This document shows, piece by piece, positions 1 to 9,962 of a stretch of 64,000 nucleotides of DNA. Numbering within the stretch: the stretch's first letter is position 1; every line of letters begins with the position of its first letter. The stretch is from contig OY969927.1 in NCBI GenBank assembly GCA_963704655.1, forward strand, positions 832,001 to 896,000, written 5' to 3'. The notes beneath the pieces are model-generated. The model was not told where the DNA came from. It saw only the letters and a program-made list of their open reading frames with translations, and did not search any database. The stretch is from an uncultured Candidatus Babeliaceae bacterium (GTDB taxonomy: Bacteria; Babelota; Babeliae; Babelales; Babelaceae). The position numbers and the translations under genes are program-made.

Positions 1-822
1 GGTGTTATCACCACTGTTGGTAACAGCAGCATAAAGTTTTCCTGAAAATTCGGGGGAAAATGATAAGCCGATAGGCGATATTCCCGTAGAAAAAGGGGCA
101 GCAACTTGAGTAAATACGCCACTTGTTTGATCTACAGAATATACTGAAACGGTATTATCGTTCTGGTTAGTAACCGCTGCAAACATATTTCCTGATACAA
201 CTGGCGAAAATACAATAGTATACGGCCCACTGCCGGCAGAAAATGGATTCCCTGCAACGGTCGTAAACACGCCAGTATTTGGATCAACCGTATAGACCCA
301 AATTGTTCCATCGCCGTTATTTGCAACAGCGGCACACAACACACCAGAAGTTAGTAGTGTAAACGCAACACTATACGGCGTAACTCCTGTGGAAAATGGT
401 TGCCCAGTAACAGTAGAAAATGCGCCCGTTAAAGTATCAACCATAAAAACACTCAACGTACTATCGTTTGCATTTGGCACCGCTGCAAAAACATTTCCTG
501 AAACCTCTGGAGAATAGGCTAACCATGCCGGTCCTGAACCAGCACCAGAACCTGATGAAAATGGCGAGCCAGGAACCGACAAAAGCGTGCCATTTGATGT
601 ATCAACTTGATATACAGAAACTGTTCCATCACTATAATTTGGTACTCCGGCAAAAAGATTCCCCGAAACAACGGGTGAGTAAGCAACCCACGCTGGCCCG
701 GCGCCTGCTTGATATGGCGATTCACTCAACTGTTCAAATGTACCAACTACACACTCGGCAAAAAGCGCACTTTGCTGATTAATAAGAATTAGAAGTATAT
801 GATAAAATTTTGAAAATTTCAT
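1..822 (-). CDS. Secreted beta-propeller protein (lactonase/YncE-like repeats), 3' part outside the window
   Basis: ATG at 822 opens a frame running off the window start: MKFSKFYHILLILINQQSALFA..., with repeated blades such as GPAWVAYSP..NLFAGVPNYSDGTVSVY and GPYTIVFSP..FAAVTNQNDNTVSVY. Absent from the ORF track because no stop falls in the window. Confidence 0.8.
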   Translation of the reverse strand, partial: MKFSKFYHILLILINQQSALFAECVVGTFEQLSESPYQAGAGPAWVAYSPVVSGNLFAGVPNYSDGTVSVYQVDTSNGTLLSVPGSPFSSGSGAGSGPAWLAYSPEVSGNVFAAVPNANDSTLSVFMVDTLTGAFSTVTGQPFSTGVTPYSVAFTLLTSGVLCAAVANNGDGTIWVYTVDPNTGVFTTVAGNPFSAGSGPYTIVFSPVVSGNMFAAVTNQNDNTVSVYSVDQTSGVFTQVAAPFSTGISPIGLSFSPEFSGKLYAAVTNSGDNT

Positions 823-838
823 AAAACCTACAAATAAC

Positions 839-2230
839 TCAACAATTTTGCGTAACGGTTACTGCAACGGAGTCTGTTGTCGTGCCATTGCTATAATTTC
901 CTACAATGTAATAGGTATAAGTAACATTTGGATTTCTATTATGATCTAAAAATACAAATGGTTCTGCCGCAACAGTGCCTGCTAAATTAGTTAACCCAGC
1001 ATCACGATAAATTGAATAACTCACGGGCAATGTGTTTCCAGAAACCGTCCACGTTAATTTATTAACAAAATCTGTTTGAGTCAGAAACCTATTTGCTATT
1101 TGGCATCCCTGCGCAACAATTTGAACTGATTCTAGCGCTATAACATTCACGACATTAGATGTGTAATTCGTAACATACGCATATTCACCATCAGGCGAAA
1201 TTGCAATTGCATCAGGAGATTGTCCAACCACTATTGTTAGAGGGAGTAACGTATTAGTTGCGATGTCGATAATGTTAACGGTGCCCTGCCCAGCCACCAA
1301 ACTACTAAAGTATGTGGTAGTGTAAAGAGTATTATAATTAGTTGCGTATGCATAACGTCCATCGGGCGTAATAGCAATACCGGCAGGCTGTATTCCAAGA
1401 TCAATAGTTGCTGCAATAGTATTATTTTCAAGATCAACAGCGCTTACTGTTGTGCCGTAAGGAAAGAAATTATTGCTGCCAAAGTTTGTCACGTAGGCGT
1501 ATTGACCGTTTGGTGTAATTGCAATTGCAAAAGGACCTGAAAAACCTAAAATGGTTGTTGTAACCAGATTGCTGGTGGTATCTACAACATCAACAGTGCC
1601 CTGGCCGGGGTTGCCACTGGTATAATTAGCAACATAAAGATGTTTCCCATCAGGTGCCATAGCCAACACCGCAGGAGCAAGATCTGTGACAATAGGCGCA
1701 CCGATAATCATGTTCGTATTCAAATCTACAACACGTATTGTTGTGCCGTTACCACTAAGAACACCTTCAGGACCGCCATAATTATTGACATATGCAGTGT
1801 TTCCATCAGGAGTTATAACAAAACCTGATGGGCCATCAAACCCAGTAATTAAACCGGTAACTGAATTAGAAAGTAAATCAATAATAGAGACCGTTGTGTA
1901 ATTACTGTTGGTTACATATGCTTTTGTTCCAGCAGCATTTATAGTTACCGTATAAGGCTGATTAAAAGTGGTACTTGTAATAGTTTGTTCAAGGGTATTA
2001 TTCATGAGATTTAATACACTCACACTGTCTGAGCCAGGAATTCCATAATTATTATTGTTTGCAACATAGGCAAAACGATTATCAGGTGTAATGGCAAGAC
2101 CAGCCGGAGTGACTCCCACATTAATAGTTGCAACAACCTCATTAGGTGTCATAGAATGCAACAATACTGTTGCTCCACATGACAAAAAACAAACTAAGTA
2201 ACGTAACAATTTTATCATGAGTATCTCCAA
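839..2230 (-). CDS. Secreted YncE/YVTN-type beta-propeller repeat protein with C-terminal Fn3-like domain
   Basis: About 7 repeats of P.G.AITPDG..AYV.N...TVSVID; N-terminal signal peptide; C-terminal beta-rich domain. Confidence 0.9.
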   Translation of the reverse strand: MEILMIKLLRYLVCFLSCGATVLLHSMTPNEVVATINVGVTPAGLAITPDNRFAYVANNNNYGIPGSDSVSVLNLMNNTLEQTITSTTFNQPYTVTINAAGTKAYVTNSNYTTVSIIDLLSNSVTGLITGFDGPSGFVITPDGNTAYVNNYGGPEGVLSGNGTTIRVVDLNTNMIIGAPIVTDLAPAVLAMAPDGKHLYVANYTSGNPGQGTVDVVDTTSNLVTTTILGFSGPFAIAITPNGQYAYVTNFGSNNFFPYGTTVSAVDLENNTIAATIDLGIQPAGIAITPDGRYAYATNYNTLYTTTYFSSLVAGQGTVNIIDIATNTLLPLTIVVGQSPDAIAISPDGEYAYVTNYTSNVVNVIALESVQIVAQGCQIANRFLTQTDFVNKLTWTVSGNTLPVSYSIYRDAGLTNLAGTVAAEPFVFLDHNRNPNVTYTYYIVGNYSNGTTTDSVAVTVTQNC

Positions 2231-2417
2231 AAAATTTACTAAGCTAAGATTTTGCTTAGTAAACTCTAGAAAGTCTTAACAATGTATGTCAATAAATAAT
2301 TTTAAAATCAAGATGAAAAGCTAAATCCCCTTCGGGCAATATCTTGTTTTTCTAAGAACGACGGTTCTATTTTAATCAGTAGATTGTTTAATTTTTTTTT
2401 TAATCAGGAGAACAAGT

Positions 2418-3086
2418 ATGTTCAAGAAATTATTATTAACATTACTATTTGTAGCCACGGCTAAAACGAACTGCATGGCAGATCAAAGCGAAGAAGCAGA
2501 ATCAAAAAGCCGTAAATGCAAAACATTCCAAAATTTAAATGTATGTAAGAATCTTAACGTTGGCGGAACAGTAACGGCCAATAACTTTATGACTTCATCT
2601 GGCCAACTATTTGGTGGTATTCGCAATTATGCTGTGTTAACTAACCAGGCAGAAGTAATTTCAGGCGATAACATTCTTTGGGCCGAAACACCTGCAAGCA
2701 ACTTGTCTTCAGGTATCAGTTTTAACGCAACCACAGGTTCTATAACTCTTCCAACATCAGGACTTTTCCTTGTACAATACACAGTAAGATTTACAAGAAC
2801 CCCATATGATGGCACTTCTATTGCAACAGCACAATTACAGCAAACAGTTGCAGGAACACCTACGAATATAACCCAGCCAGCTATTACTACCTATCTTGGA
2901 ATAGACGGCATAACTTTCACTGTCCCACAATCCAATGCTTTAGTGACAGGCTACGCTCTTGTGAGTGTAACATCATCAGCAAACAATACCCTTAATTTAG
3001 TAGCTACATTTGATGACAATGCCACCCTTCCTGCAACTACAGGCACAGACGCAAATGCGGAAATGGTAATATTGCAACTTAACTAA
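2418..3086 (+). CDS. Secreted protein, possible C1q/BclA-CTD-like jelly-roll domain (copy 1)
   Basis: AGGAG RBS, signal peptide, 'ITLPTSGLFLVQYTV' motif; near-identical to the next gene. Confidence 0.75.
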   Translation: MFKKLLLTLLFVATAKTNCMADQSEEAESKSRKCKTFQNLNVCKNLNVGGTVTANNFMTSSGQLFGGIRNYAVLTNQAEVISGDNILWAETPASNLSSGISFNATTGSITLPTSGLFLVQYTVRFTRTPYDGTSIATAQLQQTVAGTPTNITQPAITTYLGIDGITFTVPQSNALVTGYALVSVTSSANNTLNLVATFDDNATLPATTGTDANAEMVILQLN

Positions 3087-3133
3087 AAAAAAATGTAGAT
3101 TGTTTAATTCTTTTTTTAATCAGGAGAACAAGT

Positions 3134-3802
3134 ATGTTCAAGAAATTATTATTAACATTACTATTTGTAGCCACGGCTAAAGCGAACTGCATGGCAGATC
3201 AAAGCGAAGAAGCAGAATCAAAAAGCCGTAAATGCAAAACATTCCAAAATTTAAATGTATGTAAGAATCTTAACGTTGGCGGAACAGTAACGGCCAATAA
3301 CTTTATGACTTCATCTGGCCAACTATTTGGTGGTATTCGCAATTATGCTGTGTTAACTAACCAGGCAGAAGTAATTTCAGGCGATAACATTCTTTGGGCC
3401 GAAACACCTACAAGCAACTTGTCTTCAGGTATCAGTTTTAATGCAACCACAGGTTCTATAACTCTTCCAACATCAGGACTTTTCCTTGTACAATACACAG
3501 TAAGATTTACAAGAACCCCATATGATGGCACTTCTATTGCAACAGCACAATTACAGCAAACAGTTGCAGGAACACCTACGAATATAACCCAGCCAGCTAT
3601 TACTACCTATCTTGGGATAGACGGCACAACTGGCGATATCCCGCAATCTAATGCTTTAGCAACAGGCTACGCTCTTGTGAGCGTAACATCATCAACAAAC
3701 AATACTCTTAATTTAGTAGCTACATTTGATGATAATGCAACGCTTCCTGCAACTACAGGCACAGATGCAAATGCGCAAATAGTAATATTACAACTTAACT
3801 AA
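3134..3802 (+). CDS. Secreted protein, possible C1q/BclA-CTD-like domain (copy 2)
   Basis: Tandem paralogue of 2418..3086, same length (222 aa). Confidence 0.75.
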   Translation: MFKKLLLTLLFVATAKANCMADQSEEAESKSRKCKTFQNLNVCKNLNVGGTVTANNFMTSSGQLFGGIRNYAVLTNQAEVISGDNILWAETPTSNLSSGISFNATTGSITLPTSGLFLVQYTVRFTRTPYDGTSIATAQLQQTVAGTPTNITQPAITTYLGIDGTTGDIPQSNALATGYALVSVTSSTNNTLNLVATFDDNATLPATTGTDANAQIVILQLN

Positions 3803-3829
3803 AAAAAACTTAGATCTTAAACTATAAGG

Positions 3830-3858
3830 GCCCTGTATTTTTATGCAGGGCTTTTTTT
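3830..3858 (+). terminator. Rho-independent terminator
   Basis: GCCCTGTAT-tttt-ATGCAGGGC followed by a T run. Confidence 0.8.
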
Positions 3859-3897
3859 ATTTGACAATAAAAACAAATAAGAGCAAAATTCCTAATT

Positions 3898-4611
3898 ATG
3901 GAAAGAATGACCTTACGACAACAACAATTTTTTGCCGCTCTGCCCGATTCTTGGAAAAAGCCTTTAGAAGATGTTTGTAAAAGAACAGAAATTGATGCGC
4001 TCCTACAATTTTTACAAGAGCGTGAATCTGCTGGTGCAAAAATTTATCCTGCAAAACAGAATATATTTGCTGCATTAAAAGCAACGCCATTTAATGATGT
4101 AAGTGTAGTAATTGTTGGACAAGATCCCTATCACGGCCCGGGCCAGGCACATGGATTAAGCTTTAGTGTTCCGCCAGGCGTTCCACAACCGCCCTCTTTG
4201 CGCAATATCTTTAAAGAGCTGCATAAAGATATCGGCATGCCTATTCCGGCACATGGCACTTTAACCGGCTGGGCACAACAAGGCGTGTTATTGCTTAATG
4301 CAATTTTAACCGTTGAAGATGGCAAACCGGCAAGTCATGCAAAACATGGCTGGGAAATTTTTACTGACGCTGTTATTGAACAGCTTATTAAACGCAAACA
4401 CCCGCTTGTTTTAATGCTCTGGGGCGCATACGCTCAGAAAAAAGTTGAACATTTGCATATGCACATCGACCCTTCACGCCATTTAATCTTAAAAGCGGCA
4501 CACCCATCACCACTTTCAGTAACCAAATTTTTAGGCTGCCGCCACTTTTCACAAGCTAATGCCTTTTTAAAAAAGCATAACGAGCCAGAAATTAATTGGG
4601 CAGATTTGTAG
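3898..4611 (+). CDS. ung: Uracil-DNA glycosylase (family 1)
   Basis: GQDPYH, GLSFSV, PPSLRNI, GVLLLN and HPSPLS motifs. Confidence 0.98.
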   Translation: MERMTLRQQQFFAALPDSWKKPLEDVCKRTEIDALLQFLQERESAGAKIYPAKQNIFAALKATPFNDVSVVIVGQDPYHGPGQAHGLSFSVPPGVPQPPSLRNIFKELHKDIGMPIPAHGTLTGWAQQGVLLLNAILTVEDGKPASHAKHGWEIFTDAVIEQLIKRKHPLVLMLWGAYAQKKVEHLHMHIDPSRHLILKAAHPSPLSVTKFLGCRHFSQANAFLKKHNEPEINWADL

Positions 4612-4616
4612 TTACC

Positions 4617-5513
4617 TTAATAACTATATCGCCCTTTTTTTGCAGCTTTTTCTTCCGCTAAGATATCACCTATTAACCCATACGCATCGTCATATGACAG
4701 CCCCTGCCACCGTATCCCGCGTTTATTCAGGATATCTATCTGAGCACCTGAAATCGGTCTAACAGGAGTAGGTTGTGCTTGTTGCACCGGCGCTAAAGCT
4801 GGAAAGTGCGCTATTAAATGTGCCTTTTGCGTTGCATCAAACCGATATCCACCACCAAACATATTTGAAAGTAATGTTTTAAAATAAGCATTTTTTTCAT
4901 AGAGCTTTGGCATCAAATTTCTCTTCCAAGCATCCAATTGATTTTTTGATGTATCAGCCAATTCGTGAATATATGCCTTAAAAATATCTTCCTGCATACT
5001 TAAAAAATTATTCTTATATTTTTCTGCAATCTCTTTTGATTTAATCCTTACTATATTTTCATTATTTACACTTGTCCGCGCATGACCTAAAGCACTTGCT
5101 GTTAGATTCGCTGAACCTGTCCATACATCTTCATCATCAATAATAATAAATTTATTATGCATTTTATTTTCATCGCCGTATGGTGATACAATCGGAACAA
5201 TGCCTGCGCTTAAAAATCTTTCCAATAAATTATCGCTATTAGATGTTTTACTATCATAGATAACTTGAACATCAACACCGCGAGCTTTTAAAAGTATAAG
5301 TTCATTAATAACTGGTTGGCTCGTTAACCAATATGAAGCAACAATAACTTTTTCTTTTGCTGTGTCAAACGATCGCAGCAATTCTCTTTGAAAAAGATTT
5401 GTATCATCGGGTATAAAATATACATTAACATCTGCAGGTACAGCGTTGAGTAACCCAAAAACCAACAAACAGAAAAATAGTACATTGTGTCTTAAAAAAT
5501 ATTTATTAGCCAT
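4617..5513 (-). CDS. Secreted phospholipase D / Nuc-like protein with a single HKD motif
   Basis: MHNKFIIID...WTGSANLT...NNEN; signal peptide; C-terminal extension. Confidence 0.9.
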   Translation of the reverse strand: MANKYFLRHNVLFFCLLVFGLLNAVPADVNVYFIPDDTNLFQRELLRSFDTAKEKVIVASYWLTSQPVINELILLKARGVDVQVIYDSKTSNSDNLLERFLSAGIVPIVSPYGDENKMHNKFIIIDDEDVWTGSANLTASALGHARTSVNNENIVRIKSKEIAEKYKNNFLSMQEDIFKAYIHELADTSKNQLDAWKRNLMPKLYEKNAYFKTLLSNMFGGGYRFDATQKAHLIAHFPALAPVQQAQPTPVRPISGAQIDILNKRGIRWQGLSYDDAYGLIGDILAEEKAAKKGRYSY

Positions 5514-5553
5514 AAAGCGCCTTTCTTTATTTATTATGAGATAAAAATCACTA

Positions 5554-7413
5554 TCAACTAAATGCAGCTGCCTGCCTAATTGGCCTTAAAAGACGATGAT
5601 AAACATAGGGCTCCCCATCTTTTTCACCAAAGGTATATTCTGCTCTGCAGTTCTGTTCTGCGCCTGTGGTAAGATTTTTGCGAGTAACTTCAGCAATAAG
5701 TTCATCTTCCGCCTCTGAAGAACCATCTTTCATAAAAGGAACAAGCTCCCCCACATATTGAATAACATAATCAAGCATCTGGGCAAAAGTATGATGCTCT
5801 ATGGTACTTTTTGCCAATTTCATCGCTTTTTTACCTTGTCCCTGCCTTTTTAAAATACGTTCATGATAACGAAGGCCCTTAATTTCTGCATAATTACGAT
5901 TAAGATCCGCTTTTGCCTTAACAATAAGCTCTTCATCTTGCTGCGGGTCCTCGATAACAAATATTTTATTTATTGGATCAATTTTACTCACAGAGCTACC
6001 ATCATCTACTTTGAAATTGTTGTTCCATTCTTTTGTGGTAATAGCAAATGGATCTTGCTCAGGCACTTTTGCAAATTGGCTAGAAGATTCGCCTTGCGTA
6101 ACTAGCGCAGGCTCTTCAAGAGTGGCCTTTTCTTTGCCTTTTTTTGATTTAGTTTTTTTCTTTTCTTCTTCTTGCAATAATTGCTGTTCTGCCCGCTCGG
6201 CTTTAATCTTTTTTATTGCTGGAAATAACTCATCCGTATCTAAATATATATCATCAAACTTATTCTTAGACTCTTCTATGAGCTTGAAACCTTCATTTTC
6301 ATTTTTATTTACACCAATACCAAAAAGGCGCATGTACCCGCGCGTTAAAATTACAGATCTTTGCGTGTTGTCAGTATCATTATAAATTTTTTTGAAATAC
6401 TCTTGTGCTTTTGCCTCATCTTTTTCAACACCAAACCCATAATGATATGCTATGGCTAGTTGCAATAGACCAATCGGCAGAATATCTATTTTGTTTGCTT
6501 CCGCTTGTTCAAGTATACGGATACCCTCTTGTTGTTCACCTTGTGTAATAAGTATCGTGCTATATAAAAATGCTGCTAAGTAATCTATTTTTGCCAGCTC
6601 TTTAAGCGATCCTTTTGCAGCTTGAGTATCGCCAACTATTTTTTTAGTCCATATTAGGCGCGCAATATGCGCCTTACCGCGTGCGCTATTTGCTTTCTCA
6701 AAATATTCACGGGCCTTAACTATGTTCGGTTTATGATCATTAAAGCCTTTTTCAGCCAAAAGGCCCAATCCAATGCATGCCAATTCGTAATTGTGAAAGG
6801 ATCGAATATGCTTTTCTGCAGGTAAATTTATAACCCTTAAAAACAAATCATGCGCTTTTTGTAAATCTTGTGGTATAACTTCATTTCCTTTGAAAAACTC
6901 AACAGCTAAATTGTAAATCCCCAGGGGATTATTTTTTGATGCCAATTTTTGATAATACTCAACAGCTGTTTTAACATCTTTTGGACCACCCTTCCCTTCA
7001 TTTAAAAGCTTGGCTAAATTGCTCATCGCATCATCTTCATAAGCAGTATGCATATCAATTGCTACTAGATAGTATTTTCTAGCCCTTCTATAATCTTTAT
7101 TTTCTTGATATTCAAATCCTAGATTATAGTTTTGTTCTAGAAATCCATGCGCTACAGCTTCAGACATATATCTTAATTTCTTATCTTTATCATTTTCTTT
7201 TATAGCCAAATCAGCCAAACGATTATAAGCATCAGGAATCCGATCACGCACCTGAAGAAGCATTCTTTCCGCTTCTGGCAAACTGTTATTACCCGCTATT
7301 AACATAGTCGCAAAATTATATATATATTCAGGATTGGCATCTGGGCCCGGATATCTAAAAAGTGCTGTGATTGAAGTAAAAGATAAAACTAGCAATACGA
7401 TTAAATAGTTCAT
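5554..7413 (-). CDS. Secreted Sel1-like repeat protein with uncharacterised C-terminal domain
   Basis: Sel1 motifs (NLAKLLNEGKGGPKD..AVEYY; LAIAYHYGFGVEKDEAKA); paralogue of 23247..25163. Confidence 0.9.
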   Translation of the reverse strand: MNYLIVLLVLSFTSITALFRYPGPDANPEYIYNFATMLIAGNNSLPEAERMLLQVRDRIPDAYNRLADLAIKENDKDKKLRYMSEAVAHGFLEQNYNLGFEYQENKDYRRARKYYLVAIDMHTAYEDDAMSNLAKLLNEGKGGPKDVKTAVEYYQKLASKNNPLGIYNLAVEFFKGNEVIPQDLQKAHDLFLRVINLPAEKHIRSFHNYELACIGLGLLAEKGFNDHKPNIVKAREYFEKANSARGKAHIARLIWTKKIVGDTQAAKGSLKELAKIDYLAAFLYSTILITQGEQQEGIRILEQAEANKIDILPIGLLQLAIAYHYGFGVEKDEAKAQEYFKKIYNDTDNTQRSVILTRGYMRLFGIGVNKNENEGFKLIEESKNKFDDIYLDTDELFPAIKKIKAERAEQQLLQEEEKKKTKSKKGKEKATLEEPALVTQGESSSQFAKVPEQDPFAITTKEWNNNFKVDDGSSVSKIDPINKIFVIEDPQQDEELIVKAKADLNRNYAEIKGLRYHERILKRQGQGKKAMKLAKSTIEHHTFAQMLDYVIQYVGELVPFMKDGSSEAEDELIAEVTRKNLTTGAEQNCRAEYTFGEKDGEPYVYHRLLRPIRQAAAFS

Positions 7414-7728
7414 ATATTATCCCTAAACAATAAATGCAGAGTTTTTATATCTTTCCTATTTAATCATTTAAATGCATTTACAGTCTATAAACGATGAAAT
7501 TATCATGAGAAGCCCTTATAAAAACCCTTGAACAGCTGCAGGCTCTTGGCAAAGATCAACTTTAAGCCTTTTTACGCCATTTATTTTTTATTCAATTTAT
7601 TATATAATAAGCCATATATGTGCCCAGCCTTCGCTTATCCACGCCATCGGGCTTGGTAAGTTATGCCCGGCACAGCCATAGCTTCCAGCTGGATCATCCA
7701 GCTTAAAACAGATATCCTTGATAACAAT

Positions 7729-7805
7729 GTGCCCATAGCTCAGCTGGATAGAGCAACGGATTTCTAATCCGTAGGTCGTAGGTTCGAATCCTACTGGGCA
7801 CACCA
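7729..7805 (+). tRNA. tRNA-Arg (anticodon TCT)
   Basis: Acceptor stem GTGCCCA/TGGGCAC, anticodon arm ACGGA-TTTCTAA-TCCGT, T arm GTAGG-TTCGAAT-CCTAC, encoded CCA; 77 nt. Confidence 0.98.
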
Positions 7806-9260
7806 ATTTCCAGTTTTTGCAGTTTCCATCACCACCCCAAATACGGGTTTAAGCTCCACGTCGATCTTTCCATCATTATAAGAACAGTTGGATGTTAAGA
7901 GCTCAATTATTCTTCTTTTAGCTGCAGCATTTCCATTTTTAAACAGCTCAGCCGCATTTTTCGCAAGTTCGATGATAAAGCGTGCATTTTCAAGATATTG
8001 TGTATCTGCCTTTTGAACAGCCAATAATTTTGTTAGCAGTTCTTCTTTTTCTGCCGACCATTTTTGAGAATTGGTCTTCCAGAATTCTTCACTGATTTTG
8101 CCATCGAGCTTATCTAAATAGACCTGATCGATTCTATTTTGTAATAAGCGTATCTGTTTTTCAAGCTGGGCAACCAAGCTATTATGGTATTCAATTTTGT
8201 CTTTTAAACTTTCACGAATTCCCTGTAAAATTATCTCTTGGTTTTCACTGGATACGTATAGGTTATCAACTATTATCGTAAATTGTTCTTCGATAGCTTC
8301 CTGTCGTATATATTCTTTCTTGCAGTTTCCTTTTGAAGTCGTGCAATAGTAATAAATATACTTATCCTTTTTAAGATCAGCTGTGAGCATACAGCCACAT
8401 TTGCTGCATTTTATAAGATTGGTGTAGGGAAATATCCCTTTCTTTGACTTGCTTTTACGTGGATTAAGAAGAACTTCCTGAACGCGTTGAAAGAGCTCCT
8501 TGCTCACCAATGGTTCATGGGAAGCATTTTCATATTTTTTGCCATTCCAGTAAAAAACACCCGTATAGAATTCATTTTTAAGGATAGTTTCAACTTTGCT
8601 GGTGTAGAAGTTTTTGCCATTACGATAAACCATCCCATCAGCTAACATCTTCTTGCGCAAAGACAGAAGAGAGTATGATCCAGTAGCATACAGTTCAAAC
8701 ATTTTCTTAACATATGGTGCTGTCTGTGGATCTACTAAGATGACCTTTTTGTCGCCTTTAAAGGTGTTAATATAACCATAAGGAGCTGTTGAAGGGTATG
8801 TTCCTTGAGCTGCTTTTTCAGTCATGCCTTTTTTAACTTCTTCTGATAGATTATCAATGTGATTTTTAGCCATAAGTGCTTTGATTCCAAAAATGAATTT
8901 CTCATTAGAACGTGCTTCTTTGCTAAGTATTACGTTCTCTTTAACAAGATGAATCCTTATATCACAGTCTTGTACGAGACGTTCCAGTAAGGCGTAATCG
9001 AACATGTTTCGTAAAAGTCGATCTGTTTTTTCTACTAAAAGATGCTTAACTGATCTGTTTTCATCAAAGAAAGCGAGCATTTTATTAAATTCTGTACGCC
9101 CAGCCTTTTTTGCAGTTTCTGCGTTAGCAAATTCTTTTACAATCGTATAATTGTTTTTAGCGGCATATTCATGTAGAACTTTAAGCTGCGCAGGGATCGA
9201 GAAACCTTCGACTTCTTGGTCTTTTGATGAAACTCGGGCGTAGATGACGGCTTTATTCAT
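7791..9260 (-). CDS. Large serine recombinase (integrase)
   Basis: YARVSS catalytic motif, DRLLRN, APYGY, zinc ribbon CSKCG..YYYC..C, coiled coil; 3' end overlaps the tRNA antisense. Confidence 0.96.
   Translation of the reverse strand: MNKAVIYARVSSKDQEVEGFSIPAQLKVLHEYAAKNNYTIVKEFANAETAKKAGRTEFNKMLAFFDENRSVKHLLVEKTDRLLRNMFDYALLERLVQDCDIRIHLVKENVILSKEARSNEKFIFGIKALMAKNHIDNLSEEVKKGMTEKAAQGTYPSTAPYGYINTFKGDKKVILVDPQTAPYVKKMFELYATGSYSLLSLRKKMLADGMVYRNGKNFYTSKVETILKNEFYTGVFYWNGKKYENASHEPLVSKELFQRVQEVLLNPRKSKSKKGIFPYTNLIKCSKCGCMLTADLKKDKYIYYYCTTSKGNCKKEYIRQEAIEEQFTIIVDNLYVSSENQEIILQGIRESLKDKIEYHNSLVAQLEKQIRLLQNRIDQVYLDKLDGKISEEFWKTNSQKWSAEKEELLTKLLAVQKADTQYLENARFIIELAKNAAELFKNGNAAAKRRIIELLTSNCSYNDGKIDVELKPVFGVVMETAKTGNWCAQ
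7796..7805 (+). repeat. att core, tRNA-proximal junction
   Basis: GGGCACACCA, the last 10 nt of the tRNA. Confidence 0.8.
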
Positions 9261-9288
9261 GATGCCTTTTCCGGATGCGTGTGAAATT

Positions 9289-9714
9289 TTATTTTTGTTT
9301 TGTTTTCATCCAAATAGCTACAATAGCACCTAACGCCAAAAATGTTAGCCCAAGTAAATCATTATTCGTGCTTTGCCTTTGGATTTGAGCTTGCTCTAGA
9401 TGTATTTGTTGCCGATAAGCCCTTTCTTCTTGCTGAAGTCGTTCTTGGTGAGCGATCTCTTCCTGCCGCAATCGTTCTTGGCGGGCAATTTCTTCTTGTT
9501 GCAGCTGCTGTTGATAGGCTATTTCTTGCAATTTTTGTTGGTGCATTAATTCTAATAGTTCGCGTTGTGCGGCCATTTCTCTTTGATGAGCTTGTTCAGC
9601 AGTCTTTTGGCGAGCAAGAGCCTCGAGAGCCTCGCCAATCCCTTTGCCTAGTGCGCTGCCAAAACGCGCTCCCGTACTTTCTGTCGGAGTAAATCCATTA
9701 GAAAAATTTGTCAT
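9289..9714 (-). CDS. Coiled-coil protein with Gly-rich N-terminus and C-terminal TM helix
   Basis: FGSALGKGIGEAL; 11-aa repeats of QEEIARQERL type; hydrophobic C-terminus. Confidence 0.75.
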   Translation of the reverse strand: MTNFSNGFTPTESTGARFGSALGKGIGEALEALARQKTAEQAHQREMAAQRELLELMHQQKLQEIAYQQQLQQEEIARQERLRQEEIAHQERLQQEERAYRQQIHLEQAQIQRQSTNNDLLGLTFLALGAIVAIWMKTKQK

Positions 9715-9737
9715 TATATTTCTTTATATTATTTTAA

Positions 9738-9932
9738 TTAGCTTCTTGAATAAGAATTGACGTATTTATACCCATTACTTGGCTTAAAATAACCTTTGGT
9801 ACTTTTAGTTTTAATCCTGCCTGTAGATTTGCTAACTTTTCCAAAGCCATCATACATAGCCTTCTTTGAAAGTAATTGAGTGGTTGAAATAAGGCATATA
9901 ATAGCGAATATTTTTACAAAATAGTGTTTCAT
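9738..9932 (-). CDS. Small basic secreted protein
   Basis: Signal peptide; KGYFKPSNGYKYVNSYSRS resembles the GYxRxxGxYVxxxxRS motif of small mobile-element proteins. Confidence 0.65.
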   Translation of the reverse strand: MKHYFVKIFAIICLISTTQLLSKKAMYDGFGKVSKSTGRIKTKSTKGYFKPSNGYKYVNSYSRS

Positions 9933-9962
9933 TTGGGTTTTTTCGATTATTGACAGATATTG

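Larger units (their letters stand above)
2379..3808 (+). repeat. Tandem duplication of a ~716-bp unit (leader, RBS and gene)
   Basis: GTAGATTGTTTAATT...AATCAGGAGAACAAGTATG recurs at ~2379 and ~3095. Confidence 0.95.

Noticed and set aside
2418-3802. Diversity-generating retroelement TR/VR pair
   Set aside because: Differences are not adenine-specific, both copies are full genes, and no reverse transcriptase is present.
7600-7806. 68-aa ORF MVCPVGFEPTTYGLEIRCSIQLSYGH
   Set aside because: Typical antisense translation of a tRNA gene.
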